A stretch of DNA of 64,000 bases, from the NCBI GenBank assembly GCA_020184695.1, contig JAANOX010000045.1, forward strand, positions 62,001 through 126,000. The letters are read 5' to 3'. This document shows, piece after piece, positions 9,661 through 18,817 of the stretch (positions are counted from its first letter, which is position 1; every line of letters starts with the position of its first letter). The stretch is from Histomonas meleagridis 2922-C6/04-290x (Eukaryota; Protista; Parabasalia). A model generated the notes under the pieces. That model was given only the letters and a program-made list of their open reading frames with translations. It made no database searches and was not told the origin of the DNA. Position numbers and translations under genes: made by a program.

Positions 9661-10007
9661 TTTTGTTCAAAAAAATTCAAAAGCCATCAGTTCAAGTTGC
9701 ATACAAAAACCGAATCCCTTTCTATCAAAACGGGGGCTTAAAAAATGCCTTTCACACATTTCAACTGTTTGAATACTTATCGTCTTTTTATGACGACAGT
9801 TACATAAACTGGTGGAAAAAAATCAACAGTATCGGTTTCACTTTTTGGACGTGATTCTATCAAAACCGATCGAATAGTGCAGCCAATTTTTTACAACCAT
9901 TCAACCTGTTCCTTGAAGAAAATATATCTTTTGCTGACACGTGTCACCAAATCCTTTCCATCGCCAAGAAAAGAATTCAAACAAAATTAAGGAAACATTT
10001 CAAATAA
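9308..10007 (+). pseudogene. Decayed ORF of about 230 codons with four in-frame TGA codons and one homopolymer frameshift
   Basis: Frame 9474-10007 contains no TAA/TAG before the terminal TAA, only TGA at 9498, 9597 and 9852. The upstream piece from ATG 9308 has TGA at 9458 and joins via the A5 run near 9472-9476. Confidence 0.5.
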
Positions 10008-10026
10008 AAAAAATAATTACAAACAT

Positions 10027-12373
10027 TTATTCATTCATTTCGCTTTTCCAATATTCCACATTTTCATTAAAGTTTTTCATTATTTCATCCATTGGGTTAA
10101 ACGTTACAAATTTCATTAGCCAATTTGAAACCACAACAGAACAATGCTCAAAATGGAATTCTGGTATCAATTTCTCATGAGAATTCAGTTCAAATGTTCG
10201 AATCATTATATCTTTTGGTAACCAATATACGCAATAATCACATAATTTCAACATTGCCTTCATCATCAATAACTTATCATTATGTTCATCTACTATTGAA
10301 AATGCAGGTGATTCAATTCTAGCAGCGAATTCTATGAACAATTGGAATTGATTTTTATTTTGAACTTCAACATAAATTTCCCTGACATTTGATATGAAAT
10401 ACTCAACGGTTTCATCGTTATTTTTTGATAACATTACACTTAACAAATCTATTATCGTTTGAATGTTTTGGTTCACTTTTGACCTATCGTCCTTGAAAAC
10501 GTTTAAATTTTTTTTCATTTCTAATAACAATTGAATTTCATCTTTATCGAAATGGAAATTTTTCTTGTTCAATTCTATATTCTTTATTATCTCCAAGAAG
10601 TCTATATGATAAATAAAAGCAACGAAGTACATTATGAACAAATCGATTTTCTTTCTTATCCAATATTTAAAAGGACCATTCAACAAATAATACAACGAAA
10701 ACATAATTTGCGACGTATGCAACAAATTATTAATACAATTTTTTGCTATTTTATATATAAATTGTATTAATAAATCGGGATCGAATTGTTTAAATATTAA
10801 ATTTTCTCGTTTCAAAATAGTTATATATAAAGTTATTATCGAATTACTTAAATCGTTTTCATGTCTTCCTAATGGAAATTGTAATGTCCCAAGTTCATAT
10901 CCATAATCCTTAAACTTCACCGATATATAATTTATCCATTTAAGATATGATTCATCTTTGTTATCTTCGACTTCATTTTGTTCTTTTGTTGTTAAATATG
11001 GACAAAATTCGCAATTCGTTTGGCCAATCGTTTCGACACTAAATAACTTCGGCTTTTGCTCAGATAAATCATAAACAATCGAGTCGAGCGCCTGATTAAG
11101 TTTTGAGTCATCCGAAAACTGAATTTGTAACTTACGTAATTGTAATATTATTTGACTTAACCCAATTCCAACTGTTGATGATTGTGTTGTTTGAATACTT
11201 TTAATACGTTTTTCGCGTTCGTTTTTGTTCTTCTTCATTAATATGATGAAGATTAATGATAACAATAATAAAATTAATGTAAATATAATAAACGTTAATG
11301 AGATCCATCGATAAAATTGTGTTAATGAATCATCAACACTTATCGCTGAAATGACCTCAAAAACTGTGACATTATGTAAAGAAATCCTTTGGAAATAGAG
11401 TAAATATGGCTCCCCATCAATGTCCGCCTCTTTGATGTCCCCAAATTCCATATCCGAAATTTCATATGATATCTGATTCCATAAACTCGAATTGAGTTCT
11501 TGAAGCGTTGGATACTTAGGAATACCATTGGAATCAATCGATAGTGGTGGTACTGTACCATTTTCGTCTTCCATTATAACTCCGCCATTTGGTACTCGGA
11601 ATACAAATTTGCATTCAAAAGATTTAGTAAGTTCTTGGATATACGTGTCAAGATTAATACTGGTGCCTGTGAGTGATTTATTGAATATGGATTCGGATTC
11701 AATAGTAAGAATGGTCGTGTTATCGATGATATGGATTTCATATGATTTATATATATTTGTAAATTGTGGACACTCTGTAATGTGGCCTTCATATGTTGTG
11801 TTTAGAATACTACTTTGATTGAATTGATAACAAATATTGGAGGTAATAAAATGAATGAGATAATTTTCGCTATTAAAAAAAATTATATCACAATAATTGT
11901 CATTTTTTTCTTTGATGTAGAACCGATATGGACTTGACGAAATTTTTTTTCTGATTAATTTGGAATATTTGATAAAAGGATAAAGACCATCTCGATTACA
12001 TTGTACGAGATCAGGCGAAATAATACCTGAAAGAAATTTGGATGATATTTCGATCTTAGAAAGTCTACCTTTTGCAAGTGAAGAAATTGCATCAGCATGA
12101 TGTTTTAAATGTTGTTTTAATATCATTTTAATAGTTTGCATTGTAAATCCTCTTATTCTTGCCCATGGATAAATTAAAGCAACCAAAAGTAAAAATGCTG
12201 AAAGTAAAAATGAAACATTTCGAACAATTTGAATTTTTTCTTTGATATGAAAGGTACTTGATGGCCTTTTAGATGGCTCATTAATGGATGCATTGCGAAA
12301 TCGAGTATTTAACTCAGAACTCGCAAAACCACCAGTTTTCAAAACACGAGATAGGATAGTCACTTTTTTCCAT
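10027..12373 (-). CDS. Membrane-anchored protein with extracellular domain and a degenerate cyclic-nucleotide phosphodiesterase-like C-terminal domain
   Basis: Two TM segments flank a ~280-aa loop. The C-terminal blocks LLHTSQIMFSLYYLL, FVAFIYHIDF and MLKLCDYCVYWLP align by eye with the class I PDE H-x-x-D, HD and IKxADIS motifs. ATG 12373 follows a TCACTT initiator and reaches the ORF by removing one A from the A6 run. Confidence 0.6.
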
Positions 12374-12681
12374 AAAATAAATTAAGTGATTTACTAAAAT
12401 CTGACAAAACAATCAAAAAACGTTTAAATTTATCGTGTAGTTAAAAAACACCGTAAAATTTAATCACAGAATTCTTCCCAAAAAAGCCGCTAGAGATTTC
12501 GCGATTAACTTCAATAGAGAAGAGGAGGTTGGATTGAATTTTGAATGCAATGAACACCGAAATTGTGTCGATTACACAAGTTTTTCAATAGTATTTAAAA
12601 GCTGATAAAATCGACATATATATTATTTATTCTATAAATTTTTAAATTTTCTATCATACACAATGAGTTTTCCGGCCGCAA

Positions 12682-13263
12682 TTAGTTTTCATTCTCCCAA
12701 AATATCGGAAGAGGTTCTGTTGATGGTTCTTGATTTGATTTATATTGAGTATTTAACCGTATTTTCATTGTGTTTGGTGATTCATTGAGTGGACGCATTG
12801 AACACATCCTTGTGAAGACTTTTGGCTTGTTTTCCATTTTCAATAAGTGAAGATCACGAAGTCTTGAAACTTCTCCAGCTGTTTTTGGATTCATCATCCA
12901 TTCCATATTTTCGCGGAATGCCTCTGAATCTTTTGTTAAGCTTAACCATTGTGTTTTGTAGTAGAGATTTGTATTCTGTTCTTGAGGTAATGCGATAATA
13001 GAATCACCACTTTTGATTCCATAGAAATCGAAAGTCATTTTTTCCAATAGTTCTGTACCGTTGTAGATGAACTTTTTTGGATTTTCAGGCCATAATGTTT
13101 GTAATGCTGATATTTGACCAGAAAGCTTTGCTGATATCATTCTTACTGGCTGATAAGGTGTGCATACCAATAAATCGACTCTGCGTGAATCTTTATCAAA
13201 GACGGACATCAATATTTTTGAGTTGACCAGACCAAAAACGCTGATTTGAATTGAATACCGCAT
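12682..13263 (-). CDS. Ubiquitin-like domain-containing protein
   Basis: KKFIYNGTELLEKMTFDFYGIKSGDSIIAL resembles the ubiquitin LIFxGKxLxDxxTLxDYxIxxGSTIHL core. The start may be 13209. Confidence 0.65.
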   Translation of the reverse strand: MRYSIQISVFGLVNSKILMSVFDKDSRRVDLLVCTPYQPVRMISAKLSGQISALQTLWPENPKKFIYNGTELLEKMTFDFYGIKSGDSIIALPQEQNTNLYYKTQWLSLTKDSEAFRENMEWMMNPKTAGEVSRLRDLHLLKMENKPKVFTRMCSMRPLNESPNTMKIRLNTQYKSNQEPSTEPLPIFWENEN

Positions 13264-13740
13264 CGCTAAATACTGTGCACAAAATTTTCAATACATTTCA
13301 TTGAATTAACAAAAGTGATGTGACAAAATAACTTGTAGTTTTCCTGAAACAAATTCTCGATCAAATTTTTTATTGTTTTTTATTCCTCAATTCAAAGATA
13401 AGAACATAAAGGACGCATTTAAGTAGCTTAATGGCTTATTATGTATTTTTACGAAAACTTCATTATTTATGAACGTATCGTCAAAAAAAATGAAAAATTA
13501 TAACTTGTAAGTAACTAAAAAAAAATCATGTCTTAATGGATGCGTTTGTAATAATGTTTACAAAGTTTAATTTTGTTAATCTTTTTAAGGTAATCATATA
13601 ACGAAAATGAAAAAATTAAAATTCTCGAATTGAAAGTTGCTGAGTACTAAAACAAGAACATTTGCATGGACATAACACTGATTAAAATTTGTTTTTCTGA
13701 TTATCTAACGATTCCGTACGTTTATATTTTTATTTTTGCA

Positions 13741-14307
13741 ATGACAGAATCCTTCCAACAAATATATTCTAATTACATAGATGCAATGAATGCGAAGCAA
13801 AAAAGCATGGATGCATTCGCTAAGTTTAATTTTAGATGGCTTCGAAAAATTCAAATTGAACTTCAATTAGATTCCATTTCAATTCCTCAAGATCAAAAAA
13901 ACGATGATGTTGAAGAAGCTCAAATAAGCAAAGAGAATGTAGATGAGTCAAATATTCAAATTCAAAAGAAGAAAGGAACTCCAAAAAAGAAAAAATTAAA
14001 ACAAACGAAAAAGATAACACCTAGTGGATCAAAATCAAATTTATCAAAGAGTGCCGCTTCACAGAAATTGGAAAATACAAATAATAAAGAAATTGAATCA
14101 GAATTAAATGATGAAAAACAATTTCTTGATACAGGATCACTGCTAACAAATATATTACCGGATGGATTAGATATGAAAGGAAGGCCAACAATTGAATTAA
14201 ACTCGGAATATATTACCCAATTTACAAATTCTAAAGAATTCAACAAAAGGTGGAAAGAAAATTTGAAGCCACAAGTGTTAGATAATAAAGGAACCAACTC
14301 CGCATAA
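13741..14307 (+). CDS. Hypothetical charged/low-complexity protein
   Basis: Stop-free 188-codon ORF in AT-rich DNA, with a basic cluster KKKGTPKKKKLK. ATG 13741 preferred. Confidence 0.65.
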   Translation: MTESFQQIYSNYIDAMNAKQKSMDAFAKFNFRWLRKIQIELQLDSISIPQDQKNDDVEEAQISKENVDESNIQIQKKKGTPKKKKLKQTKKITPSGSKSNLSKSAASQKLENTNNKEIESELNDEKQFLDTGSLLTNILPDGLDMKGRPTIELNSEYITQFTNSKEFNKRWKENLKPQVLDNKGTNSA

Positions 14308-14566
14308 ATTACATTTCAATTTTCATCTATTTTAAAAAGTCAAAGTTATAATTTTGGTATTTGAGCTTATGTGTATTTGTCCTCGTGTAAAGACATTATA
14401 TGAATTATAGGACATGTGTCATTAAGAGCTGATAAATTTTCTTCGTTGCCGTTTATTTTTATTTTATGTTAACGTTCGCTAAACAAATTTTCTGATATCA
14501 CAATTTTATGAAGTTTATAATGTAAATTACACATTTTTATTGAATGGTTTATTTATTCTCCACAAA

Positions 14567-14974
14567 ATGAATGAGCAACAAATCACAGCAACATTAATCA
14601 AAGTTCTTTCATCCGAAGTCAAAGACACAAAAGACGCAATTTATCAGACTTATTCTTCCATGAAGAAAAGAAGAGAAAAATCACAAGAATATTACCAACC
14701 TATTAAAGCATTATCAAATGCAATACAACAAACAAGAATCGGATTTTGTCAACAATCTGAAAACTGTGTGAAACAGATAGAAGGAGAAATTGAGCAACTT
14801 AAACAAATTCAAAAAGATAATGCCATTTCAAAGGAAGAACTACAAAAAACAACAGAAATGTTAAACAGCACTCCACCCCAAGGTGATGATAGTCCACTTT
14901 CGCTTGCCATCAGATCACTCTCAGCCATGGCACCATTTGTTTTATTTGCTCTAATCAGCTTCTATTCTTCCTAA
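14567..14974 (+). CDS. Small coiled-coil protein with C-terminal hydrophobic anchor (tail-anchored)
   Basis: Heptad-rich helix followed by the terminal LSAMAPFVLFALISFYSS. Confidence 0.65.
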   Translation: MNEQQITATLIKVLSSEVKDTKDAIYQTYSSMKKRREKSQEYYQPIKALSNAIQQTRIGFCQQSENCVKQIEGEIEQLKQIQKDNAISKEELQKTTEMLNSTPPQGDDSPLSLAIRSLSAMAPFVLFALISFYSS

Positions 14975-15825
14975 TTCGCTAATTTTTCATCTTGTAATAA
15001 ATCATTAAATTGTTTAATTATCTCGTAGCTAATATGCTTGTCTTTTATAAAATTTGCAAATTCAAAACGCTTTTTTTAATGTTTCTATTTTCATAATTCA
15101 CAGAATTCATTAATTGATTGTATTTCATATGTTTAGTGTTATTATTTAATGATGAATTATCACCATTAGATGGATTTGATACAATTAATTATATCCGTTC
15201 AATAGTATATTACAATTTGCTTTAAAAGAATGGAAAGATGTTGATTTCTTAACATTTGGTAATTATTCATTCTGTAATAAGTCATTAAAGTAACAGTTTT
15301 TTTATTTATCTCATCAAATACATTGTATGTATTACAATGGGTTCCAAAGTTTTTGATTCCTCCGTAATATGGCATGTTTGTTTTAGAGTAAGATATGATC
15401 CAACAAGCTAAACCTTTAGATTGTATTTATCTTTACACTATATATTGGAAAAAATGCTCACATTATGTATTATATTAAAGAATCAAATTCGTGTCTTGAT
15501 AAAACGATCATTTGAATATTTTATATAATTAATTAATGACTTATTATCGCGAAACAACAAATTCTTTTACTTAAAATTTATTTAAAATGCTTTTTAAATC
15601 AAATCAGCATATATACATCACTGTGAAATAGATTACGCATGAATCTAAATATAAAAATTAACATACGTACAGACTGATATCAAATTTCATCCGAATGATA
15701 CTTTATTCGAAAATTGCCAATTGTAAACTTCACTTTGTGTCACATTTTAAGTATAAACAGAAAGAGAACGTTATCAATGTTCATTTTATTTATCCAATCA
15801 TCAATTTAATTTATTCTTAAATAAT

Positions 15826-17991
15826 TTAATAATTTTTCATATTTTCCTTAAATATCTCTGAGCATGGTCCCAGGAGCCTATGGAACGATGCTCTATCCAA
15901 CTTCACCAGCTTACAGTTCTCCAATGCCACAATTGTTGCAGCTCTCGGTGTGTTTTGCATCAAAGCCAATTCTCCGAAGTAGCTTCCGCTCTTCAAGTGG
16001 CATACCTCGTGGTTCACACCTTTGTCGTCTCTCTTCAGCACTGCGCACTCACCCTCCAATATTATGTAGAACTCGTCGCCGTTGTCTCCCTGTTTCATTA
16101 TGACTTCGTTCGGCTTCGGGTTCACTGGCTGTAGCGCGTCCGCAACTAACAATATCTCATAGTCCTGTAGCACCTTCAAGAACGGAACATTCCTTAGCAG
16201 AGACTTGTAGCGCTGCCTCTTCTTGTTGTGCTGCTCCTTTAGCAAGTACAGATATGTCGTTTGGTCAATCGCCCAGCACTGGCACGGACCGTCTGCAATG
16301 ATTGTCGCCGCGCGCGTGCTGCCGCTGATGAGTGCCAGCTCGCCGAAGTATTGCCCAGGATTCAGGACAGCAACTTGCACTTCGCGGTCGCCTGTCTTCT
16401 TTAGAACGCGCACTTTGCCGCTGCGCAATATGTAGAAGTTATCCGGCAAGTCGCCCTGCCGAATGATGACGTGCTTGTCCTCGAAGTCTAATGGGAACAT
16501 TGCGTTGACTAAAGTCTCCAATTGGTCGTCTTGTAGAAATGAGAAAAGATCAACTTTGCGAACGGACTCTTGGAGCGATTTAAGAGTCTCAGGATCTTTG
16601 GGAACGACTTTGATGTCGACAACATCGTTCGACGTCATCCGCGATGACATTGCCTTGCGCCGGTATGCGCTGCCGTTGCGCGCTAAGATGGCTGGGTTGA
16701 TGGCAGACTGCCGACGCCCGGTGGTGCGCGCGGTAGGGACAGAGTTCATGATGCTCGGAAATGCGGCGGAGCGACCGGAGAAGGTGGGCCACTCTTCGAT
16801 GGAGGAATTGTCGTCGGACGATGGAGGATGGAACTGGTGAGATGCACTGTACTTGGGCATAGTCTCGGCAGCAGAAGGCGGAGGATTGTACTTAGGCATA
16901 GTTTCGGCTGCTGATGGTGGAGGATTATATTTGGGCATTGTCTCTGCGGCTGACGGTGGAGGATTGTACTTGGGCATGGTCTCGGCAGCAGAAGGTGGAG
17001 GATTGTACTTAGGCATAGTTTCTGCGGCTGATGGTGGAGGATTATATTTGGGCATGGTCTCTGCGACTGATGGGAATGGTTGGTATTTTGGCATGGCCTC
17101 TGTTGCTGGAGGTGGAGGATTGTACTTGGGCATGGTCTCGGCAGCAGAAGGTGGAGGATTGTACTTAGGCATAGTTTCTGCGGCTGATGGTGGAGGATTG
17201 TATTTGGGCATTGTCTCTTTGGCAGAAGGGAATGGTTGATATTTAGGCATGGTCTCTGTTGCTGGAGGTGGAGGATTGTATTTAGGCATAGTTTCTGCGG
17301 CTGATGGTGGAGGATTGTATTTAGGCATAGCCTCTGTTGCTGGATGTGGGGCATTGTATTTGGGCATGGTTTCTGAAGCAGGTGGAGGAGCACCATATTT
17401 GGGCATTGTCTCTTTGGCAGAAGGGAATGGTTGATGTTTTGACATGGCCTCTGCGGCTGATGGAGGTGGATTGTATTTGGGAATTGTTTCTGTTGCTGGT
17501 GGAGGAGCACCATATTTTGGCATTGATTCTTTAGCAGATGGAAACGGTTGATGTTTTGGCATTGGCTCCGTTGCTGGTGGTGGGTTATGTTTTGGCATTG
17601 GTTCAATCGAAGGTGGAGGTGATAAATGTTTTGGTTTTGTATCTTTTGTTGAATGCTTTGGTGCTATTTCTTTCGGTTTGGGTTTGTGCACTTGTTCTTT
17701 TGTTGAAGATTTTGGAATGGTTTCAGAAGTTGTTGAAGATGTTGATGGTCTTTTTTGTTCTTTAGATTTTTGAGGTTCGTGTTCTGATATAGGCTTTGAT
17801 TTCGATATTGGTTCAGCTTTAGTGTCTGTATGAGATTTCTGTGTTGTTTGTTGGTTTTTTGATAGAAGTGATACAATGAATGATTCTGGATTTTCTGGTT
17901 GTTCCTCGAGAAGCGATACTACGATCTTTTTTAATAGTTCTTTGATTTTCTTGCTTTCAATATACTGCTCTGGACTTTGCCGGCCATTCAT
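15826..17991 (-). CDS. cAMP-dependent protein kinase regulatory subunit with a long Pro-rich repeat linker
   Basis: N-terminal docking/dimerisation helix (IKELLKKIVVSLLEEQPENPESF), inhibitor sites RRQS and RRKA, and two cNMP-binding domains with GELAL...RAAT phosphate-binding cassettes. Confidence 0.93.
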   Translation of the reverse strand: MNGRQSPEQYIESKKIKELLKKIVVSLLEEQPENPESFIVSLLSKNQQTTQKSHTDTKAEPISKSKPISEHEPQKSKEQKRPSTSSTTSETIPKSSTKEQVHKPKPKEIAPKHSTKDTKPKHLSPPPSIEPMPKHNPPPATEPMPKHQPFPSAKESMPKYGAPPPATETIPKYNPPPSAAEAMSKHQPFPSAKETMPKYGAPPPASETMPKYNAPHPATEAMPKYNPPPSAAETMPKYNPPPPATETMPKYQPFPSAKETMPKYNPPPSAAETMPKYNPPPSAAETMPKYNPPPPATEAMPKYQPFPSVAETMPKYNPPPSAAETMPKYNPPPSAAETMPKYNPPPSAAETMPKYNPPPSAAETMPKYNPPPSAAETMPKYSASHQFHPPSSDDNSSIEEWPTFSGRSAAFPSIMNSVPTARTTGRRQSAINPAILARNGSAYRRKAMSSRMTSNDVVDIKVVPKDPETLKSLQESVRKVDLFSFLQDDQLETLVNAMFPLDFEDKHVIIRQGDLPDNFYILRSGKVRVLKKTGDREVQVAVLNPGQYFGELALISGSTRAATIIADGPCQCWAIDQTTYLYLLKEQHNKKRQRYKSLLRNVPFLKVLQDYEILLVADALQPVNPKPNEVIMKQGDNGDEFYIILEGECAVLKRDDKGVNHEVCHLKSGSYFGELALMQNTPRAATIVALENCKLVKLDRASFHRLLGPCSEIFKENMKNY
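16855..17631 (-). repeat. Coding minisatellite, 39-bp unit (KYNPPPSAAETMP), 20 copies
   Basis: Nineteen 13-aa units plus one 12-aa unit make 777 nt. Variant units KYQPFPSAK and KYGAPPPA recur. Confidence 0.95.
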
Positions 17992-18817
17992 AGAATATGG
18001 AATTTGTTAAAAAAGTGTAACCGATGCAAAAAGTCGAACAGCAAATATTTATTCAATTTTTCAGAAAACTGTTTTCGATCCTCATCCATTCAAAATATTG
18101 TCACTTTTATAAAATAACGTACTTATAATAATCAGCAAGAAAAATTCCCAATTTCTTCCAAAAATTTATTTGCCAATTAATTATTAAAAAAAAAATTAAT
18201 GAATAAATATGATTTATGTATACATAAAAATTTTTTAGTTTTAAAATAATATGATTTTTTTTTCTTTGTTAGTTTTGTCACAAAAAGTCAAAACAACCAC
18301 AATCCAAATTTAAATTTTAGTCGAGTTCTCAAATTTTATGGTTGGATTTATTTCCTTCTTCATTTATTAGCATTAAAATCTAATGCTGCCTTTAACAAGT
18401 TAAATGTTGATGTAATTTTTGTTGTATTATCTGATTTGCGTATATGCAATTCATTTTCTGTTTCTTGATTTTTTCATAAAGAAAAACAAACAACTTAATA
18501 TCATTCTGATAAGTTATTAACTATTCATGCTTAACATCACTGTTAGAGTTGACTTTTGATACATAGATACTCGGATTCACCGCCACTGTCATTCATCTGA
18601 TTTGGGGTCATCTTCATATTTTAACTTAACTTAATAGAATCGACCTTTAATGAAATAAAAAGGATCAAATTCATCAGATTTTCCATGAGTTGAGACGTCT
18701 TTTCAAGTATCATATGTCGCTTCTCTTCTTCATGTTAATACGGCCGTATTTGAAGCTCAATATAACATTTAAAAAATATTTCATTTATTTCAATTCGATG
18801 TTTCATACCACACATTC

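Noticed and set aside
9308-10007. Genome-wide UGA reassignment
   Set aside because: Clear genes here end in TGA (683, 7714, 24950, 25301), so UGA is a normal stop.
16746-17606. Long alternative-frame and antisense ORFs over the PKA-R repeat (286 aa minus, 128 aa plus)
   Set aside because: Shadows of a 39-bp stop-poor, GC-richer repeat, with no independent domain signal.
10027-17991. Functional cAMP gene cluster (PDE-like plus PKA-R)
   Set aside because: Three unrelated genes intervene and PDE-like genes are numerous in trichomonads, so adjacency is plausibly chance.
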